20,000 nucleotides of DNA from an uncultured virus (IMG/VR IMGVR_UViG_3300030376_005322) (IMGVR_UViG_3300030376_005322); one strand, 5' to 3'. Positions 6,652 to 15,911 are shown, counted from the stretch's first letter. The notes: generated by a model from the sequence alone, not told the origin. Numbers and translations: made by a program.

Positions 6652-6692
6652 ATCTAGAGTTTAGGGCACCACACTTACGAGGCGTTGCAGGG

Positions 6693-6899
6693 TCAGGCCA
6701 CTCGGCTCTTAAAAACTGGGGTTTTCTTTAATAACTGGGTGGAAGGAGTAAGCACTGGTTTCACCGATGTTTCCCGTGTTTTTTCAAGATTTCTTATTTT
6801 TTTTTCGGCTTCTTGTATTAGGTCTGCGAATGCTTTGAATGCTGCTTCTGCAGAGGCCGAAAATTGTGTGTTTTCAGGGGTTTTTTCTCTTTTTTCCAT
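6693..6899 (-). CDS. Small hypothetical coiled-coil protein (MEKREKTPENTQF...)
   Basis: GGAAGGA RBS before the ATG at 6899. Confidence 0.5.
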   Translation of the reverse strand: MEKREKTPENTQFSASAEAAFKAFADLIQEAEKKIRNLEKTRETSVKPVLTPSTQLLKKTPVFKSRVA

Positions 6900-7025
6900 C
6901 TCTGTTCCTTCCGTGGGTCTACCATCTTTACACATAAAATCGGATAGGGAGACCTACCCTGCACCTTTTTTCTAAGAAATTCTATTAAAGTCGTGTACAG
7001 GACATCTATATGTTCGGAGGTCACT

Positions 7026-7385
7026 ATGCGGTATACATTGGACAGACCAGAGAATTCTATAACAGCCTTTGGTTTACAGGACAGGCTTAAAGGGCCTGCC
7101 GTTGTTGGGGTTCTTATTCCCCTCCCCGAGTCATCGAAATCAACTGCTTCTAAGTTCGGCAGGTACACGTTAGGTAATTGGGAAACTCCCCCACCTTATG
7201 CTTGCTTTAGCACTAAAGAAGGTTCTATGGTTATCCGTTGGAACCCTAACGCTTATTCCATTGACATTGTTGAAGATTCTTTAGACCGGATTTTGCAAGG
7301 TTACCTATCTGAAACGAAGGTACTTGGCGAGTTCGGAGGTAATGGTAGAGTGTGGGTTGTGAGAAAAGAGAGAGTTAATGCCTGA
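7026..7385 (+). CDS. Hypothetical protein (119 aa)
   Basis: GGAGGT RBS at 7016-7021. First of three plus-strand genes. Confidence 0.7.
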   Translation: MRYTLDRPENSITAFGLQDRLKGPAVVGVLIPLPESSKSTASKFGRYTLGNWETPPPYACFSTKEGSMVIRWNPNAYSIDIVEDSLDRILQGYLSETKVLGEFGGNGRVWVVRKERVNA

Positions 7386-7659
7386 TAGCCAAAAGTATAG
7401 ACACAACGTCTTTCATCCCGACAATTATCAAGGGGCTATGCATGACGATGTTCTGCAGCGTTCTTCTGGAGATAGAATGAGTTTACCGGGGTACATGCGT
7501 ACACCTGAGCCGGAAGTTCCCTCTGTTACACGTGAGGTTTCGATAGAAACTGTTACCGCAGTGCGTTCTTTGCTAGAGGATATGGCAGAAACTTTCCGAG
7601 TGTGTGGTATGTTTGATCTTGCCGAACAAGCCGATGTAGTTGTCGAACTGCTCGCTTAA
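7378..7659 (+). CDS. Hypothetical protein (93 aa)
   Basis: ORF track, overlaps the upstream stop. Confidence 0.7.
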   Translation: MPDSQKYRHNVFHPDNYQGAMHDDVLQRSSGDRMSLPGYMRTPEPEVPSVTREVSIETVTAVRSLLEDMAETFRVCGMFDLAEQADVVVELLA

Positions 7660-7681
7660 CCTTCTACCCCTTTAAGGAACC

Positions 7682-7918
7682 ATGCCAGAGAACAAATGTA
7701 CAGGCACTGAAGCATCTTATGTCAGAGGATGTCGCTGTGACGAGTGTAAGACATCACGGAGTCTCGCCGTAAAGAGGCGCAGTCTCGAGAAACGCGCAGT
7801 CGAGCGGCCAGCGCCTCCAAAACCAGAGAAAAAAGAAAAAGTATTCCGACTACCACGACTGGACTCCTACGACGACTGTTTAACGCGTGGACAAGTGTAC
7901 AAGTTCCGCGGGTACTAG
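7682..7918 (+). CDS. Small basic Cys-rich protein (GT..SY..GCRCDEC), probable zinc-binding
   Basis: Motif recurrent in actinophage small proteins, TAAGGA RBS. Confidence 0.7.
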   Translation: MPENKCTGTEASYVRGCRCDECKTSRSLAVKRRSLEKRAVERPAPPKPEKKEKVFRLPRLDSYDDCLTRGQVYKFRGY

Positions 7919-8457
7919 CGGAAGAGTGGGCCTAAGACCCAACCAACAGCACACCATCTCTCCCCGTCAGTAACGGGATTAACGCTGTGCAAAGACCAAG
8001 AAGGCCACATAGTGCCTACGCCTTGTTCTTTTGAAACTTCAATATCTTCTGGACCTACAAGGAGATTAACCTCTCCACCTTCATAATCATCTGGTGACGA
8101 CAACTGAATGGAAGTAGATATCTTCCTTTGTGTATAAGTCCCACCCCAGTCTGTGTGCTTTGTGTAAAAGTCTGCAGGCCTGTACCTAAGAACTTCTATA
8201 GAGGGCAACTGGTTGATGTCGAAACCCCAAATGTTGTACCGTCTGCACGCATTCCAAACATCTCCAACTATTTCAGGGTATATAACGCTATCTATAAAGT
8301 AACGAGAGCAGGAGCGTATATCTAACCGTTCGCCTTTAATCCCGTCTTGCTCTACCGTTCCGCTGTGTTCTTTCTGCGATAATGCTGCCCCGATAACAGT
8401 CCCGCACATTTCAGGAGTCCATACTTGGTTTTCTGCATAAACTGACGAGGAATTCAT
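7915..8457 (-). CDS. 2OG-Fe(II) oxygenase (prolyl-4-hydroxylase/PKHD-like)
   Basis: HTD, RKISTSIQLS..DDYEGG, distal H (LHSVNPVT) and ERW motifs. Confidence 0.9.
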   Translation of the reverse strand: MNSSSVYAENQVWTPEMCGTVIGAALSQKEHSGTVEQDGIKGERLDIRSCSRYFIDSVIYPEIVGDVWNACRRYNIWGFDINQLPSIEVLRYRPADFYTKHTDWGGTYTQRKISTSIQLSSPDDYEGGEVNLLVGPEDIEVSKEQGVGTMWPSWSLHSVNPVTDGERWCAVGWVLGPLFR

Positions 8458-8906
8458 TTAACGCCTTTCATCCTGTGGTCTTCACGGAATTGCATAAACC
8501 GTGACGCTAGATCAAAGACAAGGTTATCGTCGTTTACTTTCGCTAACCTCGCTGCTCTTCTTTTTTCCACCCTAGACATGCTGGTCATATCTGTAGAATC
8601 GACGTTGTGGTGAGTGAGAGTTTCAGTCATACGGACAGCCATAGACGCTAACTGTTGAACTACACGTGGATCGTCAAGCCCTCCATCTCCTATGTAACGC
8701 TCCCTTTCAGAAAGAAGGTTCACTGCCATGTCCCATGTTTCTTTCGACGCTGGTTTCATGTCGTAGGCTTCAGCCCACTCTTTTCGTTTAGGCCATTCAG
8801 TCGCTAAATGTTTAGCCGACATTTTTAATCCCTCAGCGATGTCAGCAATCTTTGTTGCCTTATCCATACGGCGCTGTACCTCGTATGGATTACGTTCCTC
8901 AGACAA
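8454..8906 (-). CDS. Hypothetical protein (150 aa)
   Basis: ORF track, overlaps the TerL stop. Confidence 0.75.
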   Translation of the reverse strand: MSEERNPYEVQRRMDKATKIADIAEGLKMSAKHLATEWPKRKEWAEAYDMKPASKETWDMAVNLLSERERYIGDGGLDDPRVVQQLASMAVRMTETLTHHNVDSTDMTSMSRVEKRRAARLAKVNDDNLVFDLASRFMQFREDHRMKGVK

Positions 8907-10227
8907 TTATTCTTACCTTCCGTCTGTTATTCACAAGACTATTCACTGCCCCTGATAAAGCATCTACTTGGTCGTCGTGAGAGCCTTTAGGGAATTGAAC
9001 CAACTCATCTACAAATGTCTTGTTCCATCTTCCTCTTAAAAGTTTTACGTTACCCATCTCTGCTGCTGCAGATGCTACACGGGCACGCTCGACCTTGTTT
9101 CCTGTAGGTCTAACGCCTTTGAAAGCATAGCCAGCCAAAACGTTACGGGCGTAATGGTCGATTGTGTTAACTCCTCCCGAACCGGGTTCTTGCTCCATAA
9201 CTATATCGACACTAGAGCCATCAGCGTCTGCTGTTCTCTTAACAAGATTTTGGACTTCACCGGGAGTGCCTCTCATTCTTTGTATGTCGAAAACGTAATA
9301 CCGGCCTTCGCTTATACCAATGAGAGCGCCTACCGTATAATCGGGGTCTTTCCCTTTCGCTGGCGCTGTTGCTGCTAAGTCCCAGTATCTAACCTTTTTT
9401 ACATCGCTAGGTGGGGTGTCGATCACGTCGAACCAGTCTTGCTCGAACATTCCGCCCGTTTCTGCTACTTCCCAGTTTCCTTCTAAAAGTCTTGCCCTTT
9501 CGACAGCATCTAACTCTTGGAGGCTTCTCACATATTCATCATGGTCCAAAGAAGGGTTATCTGTTATCAGCGACGGCATGAATTTACGATCCTCGGCTTT
9601 GCCTAAAATGAATCTTTCATACACCCAGTCGTTTCCGCGACCACCGGGGTTTGTCGCTGCTCTGACTCTTAAAGGGACATCAGCAACAGACATGCCGCAT
9701 GAAGGGCATCGAGGGATAGTGTCGTGTGCTGTTATTTTACGAACGCGAGAGAAACCCACATATAGATAAACTTTGTCGGAGCCCCACTGTGTTAATTCGT
9801 CTACCCCTACAAACTGGTAAGCAAACGACTGAAAGTTGTAACGATCTTCTTCTCTTTCGCAGTGTCCGAGAGTTACTGTCGCTCCAGAATCAAACGTGAA
9901 CCTTTTATTAGTTACGTTGTAGTCAACATTCTGCCCACTGAACCATTCTTGGCATCTATCTATAAAGCCGTCAGGGCCAGATAACTGCGGGTAGGTCTGA
10001 CGTAAAAGAAGCGCTGAGTAACCGGGAACGCAAACATATTGGAGAGCAGCCATTAAAAGAGTGTCGGATTTACCTCCACCAGCAGCCCCGCCGAATAATG
10101 CTTCTCTAGTCGAGTTCCAAGTTAAGTAAGCCTGTTGTTTCGGGTGAGGCTCATGCGGGATTTTCAGGTTGCATGGTTTCTTCCACGACATCAGCGTCGA
10201 TAATGCTTCCCTCGTCTTCTGATCCAT
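8899..10227 (-). CDS. terL: Terminase large subunit
   Basis: Walker A GGAAGGGKS, Walker B FVGVDEL, ATNP coupling motif, nuclease motifs RYWDLA..DYT and HDDQVDA. Confidence 0.95.
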   Translation of the reverse strand: MDQKTREALSTLMSWKKPCNLKIPHEPHPKQQAYLTWNSTREALFGGAAGGGKSDTLLMAALQYVCVPGYSALLLRQTYPQLSGPDGFIDRCQEWFSGQNVDYNVTNKRFTFDSGATVTLGHCEREEDRYNFQSFAYQFVGVDELTQWGSDKVYLYVGFSRVRKITAHDTIPRCPSCGMSVADVPLRVRAATNPGGRGNDWVYERFILGKAEDRKFMPSLITDNPSLDHDEYVRSLQELDAVERARLLEGNWEVAETGGMFEQDWFDVIDTPPSDVKKVRYWDLAATAPAKGKDPDYTVGALIGISEGRYYVFDIQRMRGTPGEVQNLVKRTADADGSSVDIVMEQEPGSGGVNTIDHYARNVLAGYAFKGVRPTGNKVERARVASAAAEMGNVKLLRGRWNKTFVDELVQFPKGSHDDQVDALSGAVNSLVNNRRKVRIIV

Positions 10228-10825
10228 CTTCGTCTCCGTCCCATGCGTCTAAGACTTCTTTCGGTAAGTCTCCCGCATCAATAAGTGCTTCTAGTACTTT
10301 TCTCTGTCTCTTTGAGTCTATCTCTTCTACCACATGTACATGGGCTGTTAATTGAGTCATAGGACCGCCTTGTGGACCTGTAACTTCTAAACGTGTTGCT
10401 GGGTCTGACCAGCGCTGTGGGTATGCCTTAGCAAGGAACCTCTCTGCTGCCCTCCAGTCGCCATCTACGGCCTCTGTGTACCAACGTGTTACCAGAGCCG
10501 CCTCAGCCTTCCCTGTTGCCTTCTCAAGTTCATTTACGAACCATAGGCAGTCTTCATCAGTGGCGTCCAAAGCCTCTCTTCTAAGTAGTTTCTCTCTTGC
10601 TTCTTCACCTATTTGAATCCACTTATAGAAAGATTGTTTCGTTACTCCGTAAGCCTCATAAGCGGTCTTTTTATAGTTGCCAGCCCCTATGAGTTTTACT
10701 ATTCCTTCGAGCGTTTGCTTCGAGGTATAAAGCCCAGTTCGTCTTACCTTATTTTTTTCAGGGGGAGAGTACTCTGGTTCCATATTTTGTTTATACCTGT
10801 TCTTAGGTTCCTTGTTTGCGGTCAT
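10151..10825 (-). CDS. terS: Terminase small subunit-like protein
   Basis: HTH (GVTKQSFYKW), DWRAAERFL..YPQRW and LEVTGPQGGP. Lies directly upstream of TerL. Confidence 0.8.
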   Translation of the reverse strand: MTANKEPKNRYKQNMEPEYSPPEKNKVRRTGLYTSKQTLEGIVKLIGAGNYKKTAYEAYGVTKQSFYKWIQIGEEAREKLLRREALDATDEDCLWFVNELEKATGKAEAALVTRWYTEAVDGDWRAAERFLAKAYPQRWSDPATRLEVTGPQGGPMTQLTAHVHVVEEIDSKRQRKVLEALIDAGDLPKEVLDAWDGDEDGSEDEGSIIDADVVEETMQPENPA

Positions 10826-11601
10826 TTAATTCCTACCCACCCAGCGAAGTTCATCCATCTCCAGAAACATTCTCTGTGGGTGAATCCGCTGTGCTCTAAT
10901 AGATATTCGTTCCATTCTTCAGTAATAGGGGTCATAACCCCTTCAAGGCTAAGTCTTTTACGTTCGATTTGTTCCTCTGAATAGCCCATACTCCGTTTAT
11001 GGTTATGGTAAATGTGGATCATCTCTTCGTTGAGTTGTTGTGTATCGCCTTCAAGTTTTTCGACCAGAACAAGCCTGCCTTGCGGCTTAAGAACTCTATA
11101 TAACTCATCAAGAATCCTAAGCCTGTGAACAACAGGAGTGAACTGAAGCGTCAATACACACAGTACCACATCAAACGACTCATCTTCAAAGGCTAGATGG
11201 TCTCTTAGGTCATGGAAATAGAATCGGTAACGGTCATCATTCTCCCCCAACTCTAAAGCCCTGTTAAGCATCGGCTCCGAAATATCAGTGCCTACCAGTC
11301 TCGTGATCGTGTGATTATTTGCTTTAGCGTAATCATCTAAGCCTTTAAGGGCTAAACCGTTCGAGCAGCCAACATCTAAAACATCTTGAATATGAACATC
11401 AGGGCCGTGAAATGCTTTTTCGGAATCAATATAGAAAGCATTTTCATTCTGGTAGTTCACAACCCAAGGAGCCGCTATAGCGTTTACTGCTTCCCTCATT
11501 TTTCTGTAATCAGGGATGCTGCGTTCAAGCATATTGTCGAAGACAGCCGCTACTTCTTCATCGAACTCCCAGTTATCTTCTGGGATAACTTCATCACGCA
11601 T
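10822..11601 (-). CDS. cmoA: CmoA-like carboxy-S-adenosylmethionine synthase
   Basis: WEFDEEVAAVFDNMLERSIPDY, LDVGCSNG, TLQF, LVLVEK, HKRSMGYSEEQIERKRLSLEGVM (Arg equivalent to CmoA R199) and FWRWMNF. Confidence 0.85.
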   Translation of the reverse strand: MRDEVIPEDNWEFDEEVAAVFDNMLERSIPDYRKMREAVNAIAAPWVVNYQNENAFYIDSEKAFHGPDVHIQDVLDVGCSNGLALKGLDDYAKANNHTITRLVGTDISEPMLNRALELGENDDRYRFYFHDLRDHLAFEDESFDVVLCVLTLQFTPVVHRLRILDELYRVLKPQGRLVLVEKLEGDTQQLNEEMIHIYHNHKRSMGYSEEQIERKRLSLEGVMTPITEEWNEYLLEHSGFTHRECFWRWMNFAGWVGIK

Positions 11602-11640
11602 ATACCCAGCGTACAGTAATTGAAAACTCAGGGGCGGTTT

Positions 11641-12129
11641 TTATGGCAAAAGTGTTTTCCAAGGGCTTTCGTCGTCACGGTTAGCGTCACGACATTCAAC
11701 GCCATTAGCCCGATACATAGACCTAGAATATTTATTCGACTCGATAGCGAAATACATTGCAGGGTCGTCGCCATGACGAGGCATAATTACCTCATTCAAG
11801 TAACGCTCTTTAGCCCTATGCGCTCTTAAAGCACCCTTGCCTGAAGGATCAGGCCACGGGTTAAAGCAAACCTCGTTTGGCTGCCAATCTGTGAGAGATT
11901 TGATTCTGTCAAGGGTTATTTCTTCATACATCACAGAGCGTGCTGTGCAAAGAATAACGTATTCGTTTTTAAGAAGTTCGACCATCCATTTACGGTATTC
12001 TTCGACTTCAGAAACAAATTTCGACATTGGTCGATGCTTAGGCATTTCCTTAAAGTTGCTGGATAAAGCCACATTTAAGTCTTGTAAAATTATCCGCCCA
12101 GAAGGACCGAATGCTATATCACTTGCCAT
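11641..12129 (-). CDS. Degenerate HAD-superfamily (PNKP-phosphatase-like) protein
   Basis: ILQDLN (motif I), ILCTAR (motif II), a conserved K and FAIESN (motif IV-like). Confidence 0.6.
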   Translation of the reverse strand: MASDIAFGPSGRIILQDLNVALSSNFKEMPKHRPMSKFVSEVEEYRKWMVELLKNEYVILCTARSVMYEEITLDRIKSLTDWQPNEVCFNPWPDPSGKGALRAHRAKERYLNEVIMPRHGDDPAMYFAIESNKYSRSMYRANGVECRDANRDDESPWKTLLP

Positions 12130-12486
12130 TTAACGTTTGCCTCCGTCATATACAGTTGCGTGTCCTTCTTCTATAAGGACATCGTTTAAGGAAACTCCTT
12201 CAGAATTTTTTATGATTCCGAGCACCCTGCCGAACTTGCCTTTTTTATCTAATTTGGTTTCGATTATTGGTTCCATTCCTGCTTCGTGGAGGAGCCAGTT
12301 AGCAACGAAATCTTTCGCTGCAAGGCCTCGCTCTTTCTCTTCCAAGTCTCTGGTTCTCGATTCTGGAGTATTGATGCCCACAAAACGAACCCGAGCACTA
12401 TAAGAAATATCGAAGCCGAGGTCAATAACCACATCAATAGTGTCACCATCAACCACCCTTGTAACTGTTGCTTTATATTCATACAT
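12130..12486 (-). CDS. Thermonuclease (SNase-like)
   Basis: RVVDGDTIDV, RVRFVGINTPE, KFGRVLG and LIEEGHA. Confidence 0.92.
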   Translation of the reverse strand: MYEYKATVTRVVDGDTIDVVIDLGFDISYSARVRFVGINTPESRTRDLEEKERGLAAKDFVANWLLHEAGMEPIIETKLDKKGKFGRVLGIIKNSEGVSLNDVLIEEGHATVYDGGKR

Positions 12487-12495
12487 GAATACATC

Positions 12496-14076
12496 TTAGA
12501 GCGCCATGCCTAGTCGCCGTGCGAAGGCATCTAACGCCTGTTCAGCCCTATCTAGGCTTCCCTCTGGATAGGGAAGATCAAATTCAAAGCGTATTGCTTC
12601 GGCTAAAGCCACCGGGTTTATCTCTACCGGGTCGCCCGCTATGCACTGGACGAGGCTGTTAGGGCTGTAAAGATAGGCACGAACGTCACGGAAACCAACT
12701 CTCCAAAGTTTCTCCCATTCATTAGTAGAGAAATACTTTTGGACTTTTGGCCTTTTTATTAAATCAGAAACAACAACTCCTTCTTCATATCCAGCCGAGA
12801 ATGAGGAGTCGAATTGTGTTTCGTGATTAGAGATATTGTCTTTCTGGCCTGTAGCCGCCAAATACCTATCTGCTGTTCTAGAAATAGCGCCAGCGTAAAC
12901 AGTTGTAGATGGAGAAGATAACGCTGAAATAATACGAACGATGTGTAAACGATCACTATGGAAAGGGACACTATTAAGCACAGAGGCTAAGAAAATCGAA
13001 TCAAATTCTGTCCCGTCAGCAACACGGGCAAGAAACATGTCAGTTATGTAACGAGCGCCTTCTATATCGAAACCTGAATCTTTACCGCCTGTGTAATAAG
13101 GCTCAAAGGCTACACAGTCGATCCCCATTACATCTTGCATAGTGTGAGACTTGTCGAGAAGACCAGCCCCAAAATCTAAAACTGTCGTTCCATACCATTT
13201 CTTCCATGCATCAACATGGACAGGGTTTTCGACATCAAACATAGATGCGGCTCTTTGAGTTTTACCTGTCCGAGATAAGGCAGATATTAAATCACAACAC
13301 ATAGTTGGCATTAAAAAATTTTGCCTGTTGCTAGCCCTACGGAAAGAGTTGTACCGGAGAACGTCTGCATACTTATCCTCTAAATCGAAATCCATAGATA
13401 AATGGTTGAGCATTATCTGGGCCAAATTTGCTTTGCTTTTCGAGACTGTGATCGTTTGGACTTCTGGTATCCCTACTTCTGTGGCGTGCTGTAACCTCCC
13501 GATACCATTAACAACATCGCCTTTATGAGTGACGACAAGAGGGATACTTGTTTTCCCCCAATGGTAAAGACTCTCTGCTTGTCGAATTGTGTGGTATTTG
13601 AACTGCTGAATATTTTTAGTTGCAAGTTCCCTAGTATCTTCTTTCTTAATACCCATACATGGATACCATTCGTCTGAATTGACTTCTATATCAGGCAAAC
13701 CTTCTGAGGCCCCAAGAACAACTGATAAAGGCAAGCGTTCCGAGAGGGACTCTCCAGTATCTTGTTTGTCCATATCGTTAGTTGCTCGATTAAAAACTAT
13801 ATTTACGCCTTTACGACGTTGAAGATCAAGCCCATCAAGAAACACAACCGGGACCTTAGAAGCGCCCAATTCTCTAGCAGCATCTAAACGTTGATGCCCT
13901 GATAAAACCTCTCCTGCTGGAGTTGCATACATGGGTAAAAGCCAACCAAGTTTTTTAAGGCTGGTTTTAACCATCTCGAAACGGTGAGGATCAGACCTAC
14001 GAGGGTTGTAAGCGGCTTTCTCTAAAGAGTCAATATCCACTAATTTGATTTGGACAAACTTCGGGTTCCTACTCAT
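12496..14076 (-). CDS. ParB/Srx-domain protein fused to a class I SAM-dependent transferase domain
   Basis: N-terminal YNPR...VLSGHQRL and a second VVNGIGRL. C-terminal VLDFGAG, AFEPYY and FDSIFLASVLNSVP. Confidence 0.8.
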   Translation of the reverse strand: MSRNPKFVQIKLVDIDSLEKAAYNPRRSDPHRFEMVKTSLKKLGWLLPMYATPAGEVLSGHQRLDAARELGASKVPVVFLDGLDLQRRKGVNIVFNRATNDMDKQDTGESLSERLPLSVVLGASEGLPDIEVNSDEWYPCMGIKKEDTRELATKNIQQFKYHTIRQAESLYHWGKTSIPLVVTHKGDVVNGIGRLQHATEVGIPEVQTITVSKSKANLAQIMLNHLSMDFDLEDKYADVLRYNSFRRASNRQNFLMPTMCCDLISALSRTGKTQRAASMFDVENPVHVDAWKKWYGTTVLDFGAGLLDKSHTMQDVMGIDCVAFEPYYTGGKDSGFDIEGARYITDMFLARVADGTEFDSIFLASVLNSVPFHSDRLHIVRIISALSSPSTTVYAGAISRTADRYLAATGQKDNISNHETQFDSSFSAGYEEGVVVSDLIKRPKVQKYFSTNEWEKLWRVGFRDVRAYLYSPNSLVQCIAGDPVEINPVALAEAIRFEFDLPYPEGSLDRAEQALDAFARRLGMAL

Positions 14077-15401
14077 CTCTTAAATTCGTTATGTCCAGTT
14101 GTAGGATCAGCAACCGAAGCCCACACTGAGAAAGAGGACGTATCAAGTTTGAGTAACTGCCCTATCCTGTACCCTCTTTCCTCTTTAGATAAATACCCAT
14201 CAGTAATCATTTTGTGTTCCCATTCTGAATATTGTCTACCGCAAACTTGAACGCTAGTGCTCCCAAACTTTAAGGTTGCTACGCGTCGGACATCCGCCGG
14301 AGCGTCGATAATTGCTGCTGGGTCTCTCTCTTGAGGAAGGTCTTTAAGTACTTCCTCAATGTCTGCTGGCTGAAAGCCTGTACCATCAAGGCTGTCTAAG
14401 TCCATTAACACATTCGCTAAGGACGAATTGTAGTAACCGGCTTTATCTGCCAACCGATTATCAGCAAGCATTATCCTTGTGGCCTCATCGTCATCTAAAT
14501 CCATAAAGACAACAGGAACCTCATCCCAGCCAAGAGATTTAGCAGCCTGCCAAGTATTGTTACCTTTAAGTATCAGGCCGCTTGATTCCTGAATTAGTAA
14601 AGGCCTATAAACGCCATTCACCCTTAAAGATTCACTAATAGCCCCAATGTCGCCTTGCCGAGCGTTCTCTGGGTGAGGAGAAACTGAATCTATAGGAACC
14701 CAATTCAATGGGTCTAGCCCAACATGTTTAGGAGTCTCCCCAGAAATCGTTTTCCATTTTTTAGATTTAATATTTGGTTTAGGGTCAGGGTCCTCGGTTA
14801 GCCCTAACATTCCTCTTATGTGATGAACCGCTTCCTTAGCCCCACCGCAGGAATCAGATATGTTACCGAACCACTCTTTATAGTATTCGGCTTCGACAAG
14901 TAAAAGATTTTTGCCTATAGAAATCTTTGCAGTAGTTGCTTCATCTTGACTATTGGGACCATCGCCTCCTGAGAAGATATCTTCAAAGTCGCTAAATTCT
15001 TCCATCTGGTAAAGTCGTTCGAGTGAGCGTTTATCCCACCCTGAACCTTCTAAGTCAGGTGAAAGTCGTTCAATTAGTTCTATGAGATTCTGTCGGTCAT
15101 AAGTCGCTAAATCAGAAGTGCGATTATCTGCTAACAGAATTCTTTTTGCCTGCTGGTCATCAACTTCCACATGGACAACAGCAATCTCTTTCCACCCGAG
15201 AGATTTTGCTGCTTTCCATGTGTGGTTGCCTGCAAGGATATTTCCGTTGCGTAGGTCTACGACAATGGGCGCGTACTGACCATTGACATCTAAAGACTCT
15301 GCTATACCGGGCACGTCACCCTGTCTAGGATTAGCAGGGTGAGACTGAACTGAGTCAATCCCCACTATGAGTTCTTCTAAGTCGTCAGCAATATTTCCCA
15401 T
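14073..15401 (-). CDS. Tandem ParB/Srx N-terminal-domain protein
   Basis: Two homologous halves: HPANPRQGD..ILAGNHTWKAAKSLGW..LLADNR and HPENARQGD..ILKGNNTWQAAKSLGW..MLADNR. Confidence 0.9.
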   Translation of the reverse strand: MGNIADDLEELIVGIDSVQSHPANPRQGDVPGIAESLDVNGQYAPIVVDLRNGNILAGNHTWKAAKSLGWKEIAVVHVEVDDQQAKRILLADNRTSDLATYDRQNLIELIERLSPDLEGSGWDKRSLERLYQMEEFSDFEDIFSGGDGPNSQDEATTAKISIGKNLLLVEAEYYKEWFGNISDSCGGAKEAVHHIRGMLGLTEDPDPKPNIKSKKWKTISGETPKHVGLDPLNWVPIDSVSPHPENARQGDIGAISESLRVNGVYRPLLIQESSGLILKGNNTWQAAKSLGWDEVPVVFMDLDDDEATRIMLADNRLADKAGYYNSSLANVLMDLDSLDGTGFQPADIEEVLKDLPQERDPAAIIDAPADVRRVATLKFGSTSVQVCGRQYSEWEHKMITDGYLSKEERGYRIGQLLKLDTSSFSVWASVADPTTGHNEFKR

Positions 15402-15417
15402 TACCTAACCTTACTAT

Positions 15418-15681
15418 TTATACGGTTTCTAAGGGAACCTTAATGTATGCGCTGTTATGGTCGTGACCATAAGAAGTCCAACGATGAATCCACTGTTTCG
15501 TGCAACGAAGAGTGTCTGCAAGGTTGTCTAAAGTTTCACCATTATCACGTGCCCAACGAAGTGTCTTTAACAAATCGTTTTGTGCCTCCTGATAAGCGGC
15601 TTTCGCTTCTGCTACTGCGTCATTAGCCTGCTCTACCTTGTCAATAACTTTAGGTATTGCAGGTGTTCTTGATTTTGGCAT
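15418..15681 (-). CDS. Small HTH DNA-binding protein
   Basis: ARDNGETLDNLADTLRCTKQWIHRW. Confidence 0.65.
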   Translation of the reverse strand: MPKSRTPAIPKVIDKVEQANDAVAEAKAAYQEAQNDLLKTLRWARDNGETLDNLADTLRCTKQWIHRWTSYGHDHNSAYIKVPLETV

Positions 15682-15683
15682 AT

Positions 15684-15911
15684 CTATTTACCTCTCTTGA
15701 TATCGGCTCCATCTAGGAGCGTTTTTAATAAGTGAAACAACTTGTTCCACTTTAGATCATCTCTATGAAATGGTTTTACTTGTTTTTCAGATTCTCTTTG
15801 GTAGTCGTCGGCAGATTTACCAGACAACATCTCAAGTTCTAAAGATTCAACGGTACTTCCGTTGGCCATTTCTACAAGCAACTGTTCTTCTTTATTCGTT
15901 ATCTTCTTCAC
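15684..15911 (-). CDS. Hypothetical protein (75 aa)
   Basis: ORF track, operonic packing. Confidence 0.6.
   Translation of the reverse strand: MKKITNKEEQLLVEMANGSTVESLELEMLSGKSADDYQRESEKQVKPFHRDDLKWNKLFHLLKTLLDGADIKRGK

Noticed and set aside
6818..7168. 116-aa minus-strand ORF
   Set aside because: Overlaps the plus-strand gene with a strong GGAGGT RBS and has no recognisable motif.
12496..15401. Plasmid-type ParABS partition system
   Set aside because: No ParA in the window. The ParB domains lack an evident HTH and are fused or linked to a SAM-dependent transferase.
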